The notes beneath the pieces are model-generated. The model did not search any database, had not been told where the DNA came from, and worked only from the letters and a program-made list of their open reading frames with translations. A stretch of DNA of 64,000 nucleotides from an uncultured Gemmatimonadales bacterium (GTDB taxonomy: Bacteria; Gemmatimonadota; Gemmatimonadetes; Gemmatimonadales; GWC2-71-9): NCBI GenBank assembly GCA_963771275.1, contig CAVYSW010000010.1:576001-640000 (forward strand). Reading direction: 5' to 3'. Positions 39,907-50,643 of the stretch are shown piece after piece (position 1 is the stretch's first letter; each line of letters opens with the position of its first letter). Position numbers and translations under genes: made by a program.

Positions 39907-40289
39907 CGACGGATCGGCTGTTCGCCGCGATCGGCGCGGTATCGGGCTTCGTGGCGGTCGCCGCGGGGGCGTTCGGCGCGCACGCGCTGCGCGCGCGCCT
40001 GGCACCGGACCTCCTTGCGGTCTTCGAGACCGGCGCGCGCTATCAGATGTACCACGCGCTGGCGTTGCTCGCCGTGGCGCTGTTCGTTGGCCGGTGGCAG
40101 GCCGCGCAGGCCCCGCAGGCCGTGTGGGCCGGCTGGCTGTTCGTTGCGGGCACGCTCGTGTTCTCCGGGAGCCTCTACGCACTGGCCCTGACCGGCTCGC
40201 GCTGGTGGGGCGCCGTGACCCCGGTGGGGGGTGTCGCATTCCTCGCGGGCTGGCTGCTCCTGGCGTGGGCGGCGATCCCGCGGACATGA
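39903..40289 (+). CDS. DUF423 (YgdD/TMEM256) membrane protein
   Basis: GAFGAH, YQMYHA, FSGSLY and TPVGG motifs. Confidence 0.9.
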   Translation: MTTDRLFAAIGAVSGFVAVAAGAFGAHALRARLAPDLLAVFETGARYQMYHALALLAVALFVGRWQAAQAPQAVWAGWLFVAGTLVFSGSLYALALTGSRWWGAVTPVGGVAFLAGWLLLAWAAIPRT

Positions 40290-40369
40290 TCCCCCCTGCC
40301 CCCTCCGCCCCGCTCCCCCTTCTTCGCATGTCGCGACGACTTCCACCTACCCACTGAGTGACTGCATCC

Positions 40370-41212
40370 ATGCCGCCCATCGTGTACTTCAATGGCGCGT
40401 ACGTTCCCAAAGACCAGGTGCGGATCTCCCCGGACGACCGTGGCTTTCTGTTCGCGGACGGCATCTACGAGGTCGCCCGCAGCTACGCCGGCCGGTTCTT
40501 CGAGCTGGCCGCCCATCTCGAGCGGATGCGGAACGGGCTCGCGGCGCTCGCGATCGACGGCATCCGCGCGGACTCGCTCGGCGGGGTGTTTGCCACGCTG
40601 CTGGACCGGAACGGCCTCACCGGCGGGCCGGCCCTCGTCTACGCTCAGGTGACGCGCGGTGCGTCCCCGCGCACGCACTGGTTCCCTGATCCACCGGTGC
40701 CGCCCACGGTCTACGCCGAGGCCAAGACGTTCGCGCCCAAGGGCGACCCCGCGAGAGGGGTCGCCGTGATCACCGTGCCTGACACCCGCTGGGCGCGCTG
40801 CGACATCAAGACGGTGGCCCTGATCCCCAACTGTCTCGCCAATCAGCGCGCCCGCGCGGCCGGTGCCCTGGAGGCGTTGTTCGTGCGCGACGGCGTGGCG
40901 CTCGAGGCCACGGCCAGCTCGTTCTTCGCGGTGGTGGATGGCGAGGTGCGGACGGCGCCGGCCTCCAACTACATCCTGCCCAGCATCACGCGCGGTGTCG
41001 TGCTCAGGATCTGCGGGCGGGAGAAGATCCCGTATCGGGAGACGCCGGTGTATCTCGACGACCTGCCCCGTGCGTCGGAGCTGTTTCTCGCGGGCACGAC
41101 GCTCGAGGTCATGCCGATCGTGACGGTGGACGGCAAGCCGGTCGGGAACGGGAAGCCCGGCCCGGTCGCCGGCCGGCTCGGAGCGCTGTTCCGGGCGGAG
41201 ACCGCCCGGTGA
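40370..41212 (+). CDS. Class IV aminotransferase, D-amino-acid transaminase-like
   Basis: DRGFLFADGIYE, RWARCDIKT, ILPSITR and GKPGP motifs. Confidence 0.88.
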   Translation: MPPIVYFNGAYVPKDQVRISPDDRGFLFADGIYEVARSYAGRFFELAAHLERMRNGLAALAIDGIRADSLGGVFATLLDRNGLTGGPALVYAQVTRGASPRTHWFPDPPVPPTVYAEAKTFAPKGDPARGVAVITVPDTRWARCDIKTVALIPNCLANQRARAAGALEALFVRDGVALEATASSFFAVVDGEVRTAPASNYILPSITRGVVLRICGREKIPYRETPVYLDDLPRASELFLAGTTLEVMPIVTVDGKPVGNGKPGPVAGRLGALFRAETAR

Positions 41213-41952
41213 CGATTGCGCCGCGTCAGATCGCGCTCACGTTGCTGCTGATGATCGGCGTGGCACACGGCGCGCCCGCGCAGGAGGCTCGCGCGGCCGC
41301 GCCACCCGCGGCGCCGCTGGAGGCATGGCGGCTCGGCATGCGCCGCGACTCGTTCACCGTGACCATCCGGGGAGCGCCCGTCGGCACGCAGGTGACGGAG
41401 CTCCGCGCCGCGGACGGGACCCTGGTCTATACCGAGCACACCGAGATCGCGATCTTCTCGCTGGTTCAGCACACGCGGGTCGTCATGGACCCGGCGACGC
41501 TCGCCCCGACCTCGATGGATCAGACGGGCAGCGCGGAGGAGCAGCAGGCCGATACGCACGTCACCATGGCGCGCGGCCGAGTGCAGGGCCGTGCACAAAC
41601 GCCCGCTCCCGGCGGACGGGTGCGCATCACCGACGTGGACACGACGTTCGTCCCCGGTACGCTGGACGTGAACCAGCTCCCGGCTCTCGTCCCGGCGCTG
41701 CCGCTCAGTGACAGCACGAGCGTGGTGGTGAGCGTGTTCAATGCGGCGGACGCTTCGACGACGCCGTACACGATTGCCGTGGACGCGAGCGAGGATGTGA
41801 CGGTCCCGGCGGGGACATTCGGCGTCTACCGGGTGCTCCTTGGCAAGCAAGGCCAACCGCAGCTCACCGTGTTCGTGACCCGCGAGTACCCGCAGCGCAT
41901 CGTGAAGCTCGAGGCCACAGGCCAGCAGATCGCCTTCGAGCTGGTGCACTAG
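41209..41952 (+). CDS. Secreted beta-rich protein (DUF3108-like)
   Basis: Signal peptide; EDVTVPAGTF motif near the C-terminus. Confidence 0.6.
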   Translation: MTIAPRQIALTLLLMIGVAHGAPAQEARAAAPPAAPLEAWRLGMRRDSFTVTIRGAPVGTQVTELRAADGTLVYTEHTEIAIFSLVQHTRVVMDPATLAPTSMDQTGSAEEQQADTHVTMARGRVQGRAQTPAPGGRVRITDVDTTFVPGTLDVNQLPALVPALPLSDSTSVVVSVFNAADASTTPYTIAVDASEDVTVPAGTFGVYRVLLGKQGQPQLTVFVTREYPQRIVKLEATGQQIAFELVH

Positions 41953-41962
41953 CTCGCATGGC

Positions 41963-41997
41963 AAAGGGCGGCCGGATCATGTCCGGCCGCCCTCTTT
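41963..41997. terminator. Bidirectional terminator between convergent genes
   Basis: agggcggccgga/tccggccgccct stem flanked by AAA and CTTT. Confidence 0.8.
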
Positions 41998-42019
41998 GGC
42001 TGCCTGGTGGTTCAGTGGA

Positions 42020-42286
42020 CTACGACGCGGCGGCCACCGGATAGACGCTTATGCGGAAGCGCGTCTTGTCTTTGTGCTCGAACGTGACCTTGCCATCCAC
42101 CAGCGAGAACAGCGTGTCGTCCCGCCCGCGGCGCACGTTCTTCCCCGGATGGAACTTGGTGCCCCGCTGCCGGACGAGGATGTTGCCCGCGCGCGCGAAC
42201 TCGCCGCCGAACTTCTTGACGCCGAGGTACTGCGGATTCGAGTCGCGCCCATTTCGGCTGGAGCCGACACCCTTCTTGTGCGCCAT
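42020..42286 (-). CDS. rpmA: 50S ribosomal protein L27
   Basis: [16 protein letters not shown] and ILVRQRGT motifs. Confidence 0.97.
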   Translation of the reverse strand: MAHKKGVGSSRNGRDSNPQYLGVKKFGGEFARAGNILVRQRGTKFHPGKNVRRGRDDTLFSLVDGKVTFEHKDKTRFRISVYPVAAAS

Positions 42287-42287
42287 A

Positions 42288-42608
42288 TCAGCCGCCCACC
42301 CGTACGCTGGTGACCTTGATCTCGGTATACCGCTGCCGGTGCCCCGTCTTCCGTCGATAGCCCTTGCGGCGCTTGAACTTGAAGATCTGGAGCTTCTTGC
42401 CTTTCACGTGGCCGACGATTTCGGCCGTCACTTGGGCGCCCTTCACGAGCGGGCTCCCGGCATGCACCTTCTCGCCGCTCGAAGAGAGCAGAATGTCGTC
42501 GAACGTCACCTTGGCGCCGGGCTCGCCTTCCATGAGCGGAACCCGCAGGGTCCGGCCCTTCTCCGCCTTGAATTGCTGGCCCCGAGCGACGAAAATCGCG
42601 TATGACAT
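42288..42608 (-). CDS. rplU: 50S ribosomal protein L21
   Basis: MSYAIF..GQQFK and [17 protein letters not shown] motifs. Confidence 0.96.
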   Translation of the reverse strand: MSYAIFVARGQQFKAEKGRTLRVPLMEGEPGAKVTFDDILLSSSGEKVHAGSPLVKGAQVTAEIVGHVKGKKLQIFKFKRRKGYRRKTGHRQRYTEIKVTSVRVGG

Positions 42609-42616
42609 AGACCTCA

Positions 42617-42646
42617 ACCTTAATCGGGGCATGCGGTTGTGGTCAA
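42617..42646 (-). promoter_or_regulatory. Sigma70-type promoter for rplU-rpmA
   Basis: TTGACC - 18 nt - TAAGGT, 8 nt before the ATG. Confidence 0.55.
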
Positions 42647-42650
42647 GGGG

Positions 42651-42764
42651 CGATAGCCGATGGCCGATTAGCCGATAGCCGATGGTCATTAGAGCCGACC
42701 GGGGTCAGCTGCAGCGACATTCGCCCTTGGCGATCCGCCCCCGATCGGCTATCGGCCATCGGCG
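42651..42764. repeat. Inverted (AGCCGAT)n heptamer arrays, copy B
   Basis: agccgat-ggccgat-t-agccgat-agccgat (42655-42683) facing atcggct-atcggcc-atcggcg (42744-42764). Confidence 0.8.
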
Positions 42765-42781
42765 GTGGGCCGGAGGGGGCG

Positions 42782-44311
42782 TCAGGCTACCAGGTACTTC
42801 TCCGTCACGTCCTTCCCCGCCGGCTGCGACACCAGCCTGAACTCGTCCACCGCTATCACGGGGTCGTCCCGGATCTCGAGGTCGAGCTTCAGCGCCTTGC
42901 GCAGCTCCTTGAGGAAGTTGGGCTCCTGCTCCAGCAGGAACAGTGCGACGTCGGGGTGCATCCGCACCGCGAGCTGCCGCTCCTGGCTGCCGTGCGCCAC
43001 CCGCTTGAGCGTCCGCTCCAGCCGTCCCACCACGACCTCCGGCCGGAACACCCGGCCCGTGCCGTTGCAGCCCGGGCAGACGAGCGTCATCGAGTGCCAC
43101 AGGGACGGACGGACCCGCTGCCGGGTCATCTCGATTAGGCCAAGGTCGGACACCTCGAAGGCCCGCGTCCGGGCGCGATCGCGCCCCAGGTTGGCGCGCA
43201 GCTCGTGGAGCACCTTGTCGCGGTTTGCCTGCGCCTCCATGTCGATGAAGTCGATCACGATGATCCCGCCGATGTCACGCAGCCTGATCTGGCGGGCGAT
43301 CTCCCGCGCGGCGTCGAGGTTGGTGCGGAGGATCGTCTTCTCGGGGTCCTTCTTGCCGGTATAGCGGCCCGTGTTGACGTCGATCGAGACCAGCGCTTCC
43401 GTGGCCTCGATCACCACGTACCCGCCGGTCGGCAGGTCCACCCGCCGCTTGGAGAGGCTCGCGATCTCGCTCTCGATCTCGAACTTGTCGAACAGCGGGG
43501 TCGGCTCGTCGTGCAGCGTGATCCGCTCGAGCAGCTCGGGGTCCACCTGGTCGAGGTAGCGGCGGATCTCGTCGTGCAGCTCCGGCGAATCGACGTACAG
43601 CCGGTCCACCTTCTCGCTGAACAGGTCGCGGATGATGCCGCTGGTGAGCGACGCCTCACGTTGGACCAGCGCCGGGGGCCGCACGAAGGTGGCTTTGCGC
43701 TTGATCTTCTTCCACAGCGCGAGCAGCGACTTCAGCTCGCGCTTGAGGTCGTCCTCGGCGATCCCCTCTGCCACGGTCCGCACGATGATCCCGCCCGAGT
43801 CCTTGGGGAGCATCGCGGCGACCATCTGGCGCAGGCGGGCCCGCTCCTCGCGGTTCTCGATCTTGCGGCTCACGCCCACCTTGGAGGCGTGCGGCATGTA
43901 GACCAAGTACCGGCCCGGCATGGAAATCTGTGTGGTGACCCGGGGACCCTTGGTGCTGATGGGCTCCTTGGTTACCTGGACCAGGATGGTCTCGCCGCGC
44001 TGGACGGCGTCCTGGATGTTGGGGAGCTTGCCGCGCCCATTGCGGCCGCGCCCGTTTTCCTCCTCGTCGATTTCGTCCTCGTCGGGCTCGATCAGATCCG
44101 AGGCGTGGAGAAAGGCGCTCTTTTCGGTGCCGATGTCTACAAATGCGGCCTGGATGCCGGGGAGGACCGCGTCAACCCGTCCCCGGTAGATGTTGCCGAC
44201 AGTCCGGCGCAGCTCCGGCCGGTCCACCAGCAGCTCCACGAGCCGATCGTCCTCCAGGATCGCCACGCGCGTCTCGCGCTGGGTCCCGGAAATCAGTATT
44301 TCGCGCTTCAA
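42782..44311 (-). CDS. rng: Ribonuclease E/G family protein (RNase G-sized)
   Basis: S1 domain GNIYRG..QAAFVDIG, SIDVNTG, LRDIGGIIVIDFIDM and CPGCNGTG Zn link. Confidence 0.92.
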   Translation of the reverse strand: MKREILISGTQRETRVAILEDDRLVELLVDRPELRRTVGNIYRGRVDAVLPGIQAAFVDIGTEKSAFLHASDLIEPDEDEIDEEENGRGRNGRGKLPNIQDAVQRGETILVQVTKEPISTKGPRVTTQISMPGRYLVYMPHASKVGVSRKIENREERARLRQMVAAMLPKDSGGIIVRTVAEGIAEDDLKRELKSLLALWKKIKRKATFVRPPALVQREASLTSGIIRDLFSEKVDRLYVDSPELHDEIRRYLDQVDPELLERITLHDEPTPLFDKFEIESEIASLSKRRVDLPTGGYVVIEATEALVSIDVNTGRYTGKKDPEKTILRTNLDAAREIARQIRLRDIGGIIVIDFIDMEAQANRDKVLHELRANLGRDRARTRAFEVSDLGLIEMTRQRVRPSLWHSMTLVCPGCNGTGRVFRPEVVVGRLERTLKRVAHGSQERQLAVRMHPDVALFLLEQEPNFLKELRKALKLDLEIRDDPVIAVDEFRLVSQPAGKDVTEKYLVA

Positions 44312-44403
44312 GCAGTTGTTCCTCTGTTACTCTCTGCGGCGCATCAGGCGCGGTTTGAACGCATACCCGCCACCCCTCCGACACGGGCCACCCCGTCCCG
44401 GAG

Positions 44404-44437
44404 GATGTGGAAACGGGGGGCCACATCATGCCCCCCG
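44404..44437 (-). other. Predicted H-type RNA pseudoknot (two 7-bp stems) in the rng 5' leader
   Basis: Minus strand CGGGGGG-CAT-GATGTGG-CCCCCCG-TTT-CCACATC. Confidence 0.6.
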
Positions 44438-44487
44438 CGCCCCTAACGCCGACCAATGGTTCGAAAATGCTGTAGCCCACGGCTGTA

Positions 44488-44516
44488 AGGATAAGCTGGA
44501 TGGTGACTTAGGTCAA
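44488..44516 (-). promoter_or_regulatory. Sigma70-type promoter for rng, giving a leader of about 170 nt
   Basis: TTGACC (44516-44511) - 17 nt - TATCCT (44493-44488). Confidence 0.75.
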
Positions 44517-44526
44517 TACCGTTCAA

Positions 44527-45750
44527 TCACTCTACGAGATTCCCCAGCAGCTCCCGCGCGATCACGATCCGCTGAATCTCGCTGGTTCCCTCGCCGATCT
44601 CGCAGACCTTGGCGTCCCGCATCATCCGCTCGACCGGGTAATCCGTGGTGTAGCCGTATCCCCCGTGAAGCTGGACGGCCGCCGTGGTAGCGCGCATCGC
44701 GAGCTCGGAGGCGTAGAGCTTCGCCATCGCTGCCTCCTGCTTGTGTGGCTTCCCGTTCTGGTAGAGCCACGCCGCGTGGTAGACCAGGTGCCGGGCGGCC
44801 TGGATGCCGGTGGCCATATCGGCGATCTGGAAATGGACCCCCTGGAACGAGGCGATCGGCCGCTCGAACTGCTTCCGCGAGCTGGTGTACGCCACCGTCT
44901 CGTCCAGCGCACCCTGCGCGATCCCCAGCGCCAGGGCGCCGACGCCGATCCGGCCCGAGTCCAAGGTCTTCAAGAAATTGACGAATCCCTTCCCCTGCTC
45001 CCCCAGCAGGTTCTCCTTCGGCACGATCGCGTCCTCGAGGATCAGCTCGCGGGTGTCGGACGCGCGCCAGCCCATCTTCTCTTCCTTCTTTCCCGAGCGC
45101 ACGCCCGGCAGCTTGGGCAGCTCCGGCACGTGACCGGCACCGGCGGCGCGCGCGGCCTCCAAGTCCACCGTGTCCTTGGTGACGATGAACGAGGTGATGC
45201 CCTGGTTCCGCCGCTTGGGGTGCGGGTCGGTCCGGGCCGTGACCACGAAGATCTCGCCCACGCCGGCGTGGGTGATCAGGGTCTTGGCGCCGTTCAGCAC
45301 GTAGTGATCGCCCTTGTCCTCGGCGAACGTCTTGGTGCCGCCGGCATCCGAGCCGGCTTCCGCCTCGGTGAGCCCGAACCCGCCGAGCACGCGGCCGGAG
45401 GCGAGCAGCGGGACGAACCGCCGCTTCTGGTCGTCGGTGCCGAACTGCATGATCGGCGAGGTGCCCAGCGTGGTGTGCGCCGACACCGTAATCGCGTGGC
45501 TCGCGTCCACGCGCGCCAGCTCCTCGACCACGATGATGTAGGAGATGTAGTCCATCCCCGCGCCACCCAGCTCCGTCGGCCACGGCGCCCCCATGAAGCC
45601 CAACTCACCCATCTGCTTCACGGTGTCCCAGGGGAATCGCTGCTCGCGGTCCAGGTCGCGGGCGATCGGCTTGATCTCGCGCTCCGCAAAGTCCCGCACG
45701 ACTTCGCGGACCTGATGATGATCGTCAGTGAAGTATGGAAGCTCGCTCAT
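44527..45750 (-). CDS. Acyl-CoA dehydrogenase
   Basis: [34 protein letters not shown] and [10 protein letters not shown] motifs. Confidence 0.95.
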   Translation of the reverse strand: MSELPYFTDDHHQVREVVRDFAEREIKPIARDLDREQRFPWDTVKQMGELGFMGAPWPTELGGAGMDYISYIIVVEELARVDASHAITVSAHTTLGTSPIMQFGTDDQKRRFVPLLASGRVLGGFGLTEAEAGSDAGGTKTFAEDKGDHYVLNGAKTLITHAGVGEIFVVTARTDPHPKRRNQGITSFIVTKDTVDLEAARAAGAGHVPELPKLPGVRSGKKEEKMGWRASDTRELILEDAIVPKENLLGEQGKGFVNFLKTLDSGRIGVGALALGIAQGALDETVAYTSSRKQFERPIASFQGVHFQIADMATGIQAARHLVYHAAWLYQNGKPHKQEAAMAKLYASELAMRATTAAVQLHGGYGYTTDYPVERMMRDAKVCEIGEGTSEIQRIVIARELLGNLVE

Positions 45751-46349
45751 GACGAGAATATAAGAGGCGGGCCACTGGTATGAGGGAGCGGCGAGGGGGA
45801 TGCCATGCCGGGCGCTGATTCACGCAGCGCGATCGGTGGAGCGAGGATCTCGCTCCAGATGATCGCGCGGCGCAGGGCGGCGAGCTCACCGATCGACGCG
45901 CTGGCGTCGGTGGTGACGCGGGCCGCGGCCGTGGTCTTGTAGCGGTCCCGGAACCGCGCGTGACTCTTGGGCCCCGCCTCCTCCAGCGTTTCCAGGGTCT
46001 CGGCACTTCGCTCGATGCCCGCCATCCAGCGCGCCGTCTCGGCCGGCTCCGCGATCTCCTCGAGACTCACCACCTCGACCTCGGTGGGCTCGGGCTCCGG
46101 CGCCGGCCGCTGGCCCCGCTCTGGTTCGACCGTCTGCTCGAGCTGGGCGAGCAGGTCGCGCAGCGCGTCGCCCGGTCGCGACGGAACGGGCCGGGGCGGC
46201 GGCGGGCGCTGCATCCCCGCCTGCCGCGGCCGTGGGGGCGTTGTGGGGCGCAGTCGCTGCGCTCCCGGCGGCGCCTTCTTGCGCCGCCCCAGCAGGCTGA
46301 GGACGACGAACGCGACGAAGACGAGGAGACTGAGGAGGTCGCTATTCAC
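45747..46349 (-). CDS. Hypothetical membrane-anchored protein (YqfB-like position after floA)
   Basis: N-terminal TM, low-complexity middle, [14 protein letters not shown] near the C-terminus. Confidence 0.65.
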   Translation of the reverse strand: MNSDLLSLLVFVAFVVLSLLGRRKKAPPGAQRLRPTTPPRPRQAGMQRPPPPRPVPSRPGDALRDLLAQLEQTVEPERGQRPAPEPEPTEVEVVSLEEIAEPAETARWMAGIERSAETLETLEEAGPKSHARFRDRYKTTAAARVTTDASASIGELAALRRAIIWSEILAPPIALRESAPGMASPSPLPHTSGPPLIFSS

Positions 46350-46352
46350 GCC

Positions 46353-47351
46353 TCAGCTCTCCTGCTTCTCCTCGGGGGCACCGCCCTTGGCGATCGTCTG
46401 CCGCATGGCGGTGTCGCTCTCGATGTTGCGGTAGCGCTGGTAGTCCATCACGCCGAGGCGTCCGGAGCGGAACGCTTCCGCCATGGCCATCGGGATCTGG
46501 GCTTCGGCCTCCACCACCTTGGCGCGCATCTCCTGGGTCCGGGCCCGCATCTCCTGCTCCTGGGCCACCGCCATGGCGCGGCGCTCCTCGGCCTTGGCCT
46601 GAGCGATCCGCTTGTCGGCCTCGGCCTGATCGGTCTGCAGCTCGGCGCCGATGTTCTTGCCCACGTCTACGTCGGCGATGTCGATCGACAGGATCTCGAA
46701 CGCGGTGCCGCTGTCGAGCCCCTTGGCAAGCACCGTCTTGGAGATGTTGTCCGGGTTTTCCAGCACCGCCTTGTGCGAAATCGAGGAGCCGATGGTCGAG
46801 ACGATGCCTTCACCCACGCGCGCGAGGATGGTCTCCTCGCCCGCGCCGCCCACCAGCCGGTTGATGTTCGCGCGCACCGTCACCCGCGCCAACGCGATCA
46901 GCTGGATGCCGTCCTTGGCCATCGCGGCGACCTTGGGCGTCTGGATCACCTTGGGGTTCACCGAGACCTGCACGGCCTCGAGCACGTCGCGGCCCGCGAG
47001 GTCGATGGCCGTCGCGCGGTTGAACGGCAGCTCGATCCCCGCCTTGTCGGCCGAGATCAGCGCCTTGACCACACGGTCCACGTTCCCACCGGCCAGGTAG
47101 TGGGCCTCGAGCTGATTGATGTCGAGCTTCAAGCCCGCTTTGGTCGCGTTGATCAACGGCCGGACCACGGCGGCCGGGCTCACTTTCCGGAGCCGCATCC
47201 CGATCAGCGTCGTGATGCCGACGTGCACGCCCGCCGCCAAGGCCTCGATCCACAGCCCGATGGGGACGAAATACACGACCATGCTGAAGACGATGAGCGC
47301 TCCGGCGACCACGACCAGCAGCATCAGGGGACCGTACTCGGTAAGCGGCAT
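46353..47351 (-). CDS. floA: Flotillin-like protein FloA (YqfA)
   Basis: [37 protein letters not shown] and [12 protein letters not shown] motifs. Confidence 0.93.
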   Translation of the reverse strand: MPLTEYGPLMLLVVVAGALIVFSMVVYFVPIGLWIEALAAGVHVGITTLIGMRLRKVSPAAVVRPLINATKAGLKLDINQLEAHYLAGGNVDRVVKALISADKAGIELPFNRATAIDLAGRDVLEAVQVSVNPKVIQTPKVAAMAKDGIQLIALARVTVRANINRLVGGAGEETILARVGEGIVSTIGSSISHKAVLENPDNISKTVLAKGLDSGTAFEILSIDIADVDVGKNIGAELQTDQAEADKRIAQAKAEERRAMAVAQEQEMRARTQEMRAKVVEAEAQIPMAMAEAFRSGRLGVMDYQRYRNIESDTAMRQTIAKGGAPEEKQES

Positions 47352-47377
47352 GGCTGACTCCCGTTGCGAGAACGAAG

Positions 47378-48688
47378 CTAGGCGTCGATCGGCAGCACGA
47401 CCAGGCGATATCCCTCGGCCCGGATCGCGCGGATCCGCTGGCCGCGCGCCACGTAGCCGCCGTCGGAGACCACGTCGAGGCGCTCACCACCAAATCGGGC
47501 GGTGCCCGAGGGGTGCAGATCGGTGAGTGCCACGCCTTCCTGCCCAACCAGCTCGCTCCGGACCGGGGCGGACACGAAGCCCTCGGCGCGGGCGGCCGCC
47601 GTCTTGAGGAAGATGTGACGCCAGCGGTCGCTCGTCGGGAGCTGGCGCACGATCGTGTAGATCGCGGCGACGATGAGTCCCAGCGTGACGGCGACGATCG
47701 CGGAAGCGCGCGCAAAATCCGCCCAGGTGGGCATGCTCCCGATCAGGGCGAGGAAGATCGCGGCGGCGACGCAGGCGATGCTGATGATGCCCGCAATGCC
47801 AAAGCCGGGGAACACGAACACTTCGAGCGCCAGGGCGATGAGCCCGGCGCCGAGCAGGATCACCTCTTCCTTGCCCGCGAGTCCCACGATGAGGTGGGCG
47901 CCGAAGAAGGCGGCGAGCGAGAGGATCCCCACCAGGCCCGCGAGCCCGAAATGCGGCGTCTTGATCTCGATGACCAGCCCCAGCACCCCAATCGAGAGCA
48001 GAATCGGTGCCACGAGCGGGTTGGACAGGAACCGGGCGAGCTTCTCGGCCCAGTTGGGCGTCGGTGTCACGACCGCCGCGCCGCTCAGGCCGAGTTGTGC
48101 CAGCAGGTCATCGAATCCGGACACGGGGATGGCGTACCCCACGCGCGCCGCCTCTGCGGTGGTGAGGGTGAGGAGCTTGCCCTGCTCCACCAGGCCCGGG
48201 ATGCCGATCGTCTCGTCCACCATCGCCTCACCGATCCGCGGATCGAGCCCGCGCCGCTCGGCGAGTGCCCGGAACTGCGCCCGCATCACGCTCTGTGCCT
48301 TCTCGGAGACTTTGGCCCCGCTCTCGTCCACCACGGTGGACGCCCCGATGCTGGCCTCCCGTGTCATGAAGATCGAGTCGGTGGAGACGGAGATGAGGGC
48401 CCCGGCGGAGATGGCGCGCGGATCCACGAACGCGTAGACCGGGATCCGGGCGTTCGTGATGGCGTCTACGATCTGGAGCGCCGCGTCCACCCGGCCACCG
48501 AGCGTATTGACGTCGAGAATCACGGCGCGGGCGCCGGCCGCCTCGGCCTCGCTGATGGCGCGCTTCAAGAACGGGGCGAGGCCGAGCTCGATCACCCCGG
48601 TCACTGGGACGCGGTAGACGATGGGCCGCTGCGCGGCGAGCGGGCCCGCGCAGGCGGCAACGGCGAGAATGGAGACCAGGCGACGCAC
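47378..48688 (-). CDS. nfeD: NfeD family membrane-bound serine protease (long form)
   Basis: ClpP-like NTLGG and [15 protein letters not shown] bundle, C-terminal OB fold ([11 protein letters not shown]); upstream of floA. Confidence 0.9.
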   Translation of the reverse strand: MRRLVSILAVAACAGPLAAQRPIVYRVPVTGVIELGLAPFLKRAISEAEAAGARAVILDVNTLGGRVDAALQIVDAITNARIPVYAFVDPRAISAGALISVSTDSIFMTREASIGASTVVDESGAKVSEKAQSVMRAQFRALAERRGLDPRIGEAMVDETIGIPGLVEQGKLLTLTTAEAARVGYAIPVSGFDDLLAQLGLSGAAVVTPTPNWAEKLARFLSNPLVAPILLSIGVLGLVIEIKTPHFGLAGLVGILSLAAFFGAHLIVGLAGKEEVILLGAGLIALALEVFVFPGFGIAGIISIACVAAAIFLALIGSMPTWADFARASAIVAVTLGLIVAAIYTIVRQLPTSDRWRHIFLKTAAARAEGFVSAPVRSELVGQEGVALTDLHPSGTARFGGERLDVVSDGGYVARGQRIRAIRAEGYRLVVLPIDA

Positions 48689-48754
48689 GAACCCCTCCGG
48701 AAACGACGTCTCCGGCAAGTTAGGAGCGGGGACGGGTGGGGGGAAGCGCGGGGC

Positions 48755-50530
48755 TCAGTGCGGCACGCTGGCGGTCCGGCGGTTGTCGCGCCGCCAGATG
48801 GGCCATGGGGCATTGGGGTCGAGGGGGACGCTGGCTCTCACCGCCTCGAGGCGTCCGTCGGCCGTGACCAGATACACGGTCCCGCTCGGGCCAACCGCGA
48901 ATGGGGAGTGGATCCGCAGGGGGAACTCGATGGTCTTGAGGATGGCCCCCGTCGCCCGAGAGAGGGTGTGGAGGTAGTAGCCGACGCCGACGTACAGCGT
49001 GCCGTCGGCGAGGATGGCGAGGCGGGGACGGTTGCTGGCTCCAGGGACCGTCTGGGTCCAGTGCACGGAGCCGTCCGGCCCGATCGCCTGGACCTCGCTC
49101 TGGATCCCTGCACCTGTTTCGGTCGCCACGCCCGTGGCGGCGTAGACCGTGGTATCCGCGTCGACCACGACCTCGCTGGGCTCATGCTGGAACGCGACCT
49201 CCCACTTTATGGTGTTGTCTGGCCCAACGGCGACGATGAGCGTTGGCGAGGAGCTGGAGATGTAGGTGCTCAGATAGGTATATCCGCGCGCGTCCGCGGC
49301 GCTCATGTAATGGGCGCGAGGCGCGACCACCGTATCGCCGACCGCGTCCCCGTCTGAGTCGAGATGACGGAGCGTCGCGCCGGCCTGCACGCTAAGGGTT
49401 GAATCCGGGAGAACCGACGGGCCTGCGGCATACCCTCCAGGGAACGTCTGGCGCCACAAGTCGGTCCCGGTGGCGGGGTCGAGGCGCACGACGTCCAGCA
49501 ACGTGTACCCAGCGGAGTTCACCCCGCCGTTGCCGGCGGCATAGAGCCTCCCTGCCGGATCGAGCGCGAAGCGGCCGTGGGGATCGTGCCCGAGGATCTG
49601 GCGCTTCCACAGTTCGGTCCCGGCGGCAGAAAGTCCGTATCCGGTTCCCTCGTGATCGAACACGAACAACGTGCCGTCCGGCGCGAGGGTCAAACCACTG
49701 CTGTGATCCCAGAAGTGCGAGTCCAGATTCGTCTGCCAATGCAACGCACCGTCCGGCCCGAAGACGAACAGGCACGTGGGGCCACAGGGGGAGCTTCCGT
49801 AGAAGCCGACGACGATCGCGCCATCGTCGGCCAGCGCCAGCATCCCGTCGCCGGTGCCTACGCCCATCGGCCGCCACCCCCCACCATCCGCAAGCCACAG
49901 GACGTGCTCGTCCGTGAGCGCCCGGACCGCGACCGTCCTGTCCGTGTGGTGGCCTTGCGGGTCCACCGCCCGCACGGTGACGGGGTGGAGCCCCAGGGGT
50001 GACCCCGGACTCCACGTGATTGTGTCCCCCTCGCCCAGGAGTTGGTTGCCATCCCCGTACCATTCGATCCGCACGACCGACGACTCGGGGTCCACCGCCG
50101 CCGCGATCAGCGGGACCGTGTCGTGCACGTACAGCCGGGTCGGGATCTGCACGGCCACGAACAACGGCGCGCCGTTGAACAGGACTGTCACCGCCGCAGA
50201 TGCCGTGACCGCGCCGCCTTCGCCCAGGTCCGCCCTGGCGATCACGTCGTACGTGCCGGTGTCCGTCAGCACCGCGCGGAGCGTTAGCCCCTCTCCCAAC
50301 GTCCGCCCCCCGCTGGTGGACCACGTGATGGTGTTGGCGAGAGGTATGCCGGAGCGATCCATGAGGATGGCGCGGAGGGTGAGCGAGTCGCCCGCCAGGA
50401 GGGAGTCTCCCTGTTGGGGTGCCAGGACGGTGAGGACGACGTCCTCGGGCTTCAGCGCGTCGCTGCAGGCTGCCAGCGCAGAGATAGCGGCCAGTGCGAA
50501 GCAGCGAGTGGAGAAGCGACTGCTGGACAT
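48755..50530 (-). CDS. Lipoprotein with Ig-like domains and PQQ-type beta-propeller
   Basis: Lipobox LAAC, repeated DG...W blades, terminal WPIWRRDNRRT; start moved to ATG 50530. Confidence 0.75.
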   Translation of the reverse strand: MSSSRFSTRCFALAAISALAACSDALKPEDVVLTVLAPQQGDSLLAGDSLTLRAILMDRSGIPLANTITWSTSGGRTLGEGLTLRAVLTDTGTYDVIARADLGEGGAVTASAAVTVLFNGAPLFVAVQIPTRLYVHDTVPLIAAAVDPESSVVRIEWYGDGNQLLGEGDTITWSPGSPLGLHPVTVRAVDPQGHHTDRTVAVRALTDEHVLWLADGGGWRPMGVGTGDGMLALADDGAIVVGFYGSSPCGPTCLFVFGPDGALHWQTNLDSHFWDHSSGLTLAPDGTLFVFDHEGTGYGLSAAGTELWKRQILGHDPHGRFALDPAGRLYAAGNGGVNSAGYTLLDVVRLDPATGTDLWRQTFPGGYAAGPSVLPDSTLSVQAGATLRHLDSDGDAVGDTVVAPRAHYMSAADARGYTYLSTYISSSSPTLIVAVGPDNTIKWEVAFQHEPSEVVVDADTTVYAATGVATETGAGIQSEVQAIGPDGSVHWTQTVPGASNRPRLAILADGTLYVGVGYYLHTLSRATGAILKTIEFPLRIHSPFAVGPSGTVYLVTADGRLEAVRASVPLDPNAPWPIWRRDNRRTASVPH

Positions 50531-50617
50531 GGCGGGCACCTCCCGGGACGCCGAAGAAGGACGGTCGTCCTTCTCATCGCCCCTTCGATCAATATCCCGA
50601 CCAACGGGGCCCTGGTC

Positions 50618-50642
50618 AATAACGAAGCTCCCAAATGGGAGC
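50618..50642 (-). terminator. Probable terminator after recQ
   Basis: gctccc/gggagc stem followed on the minus strand by TTCGTTATT. Confidence 0.55.
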
Positions 50643-50643
50643 G

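Noticed and set aside
28296..42764. Short repeats as a CRISPR array or IS ends
   Set aside because: Units are 7-9 nt with no unique spacers; no cas or transposase gene in the window
48696..48722. TAACTT upstream of nfeD as a second site for the ECF sigma
   Set aside because: Sixteen nt downstream reads CCGGA rather than TCTGA; it could equally be a sigma70 -10
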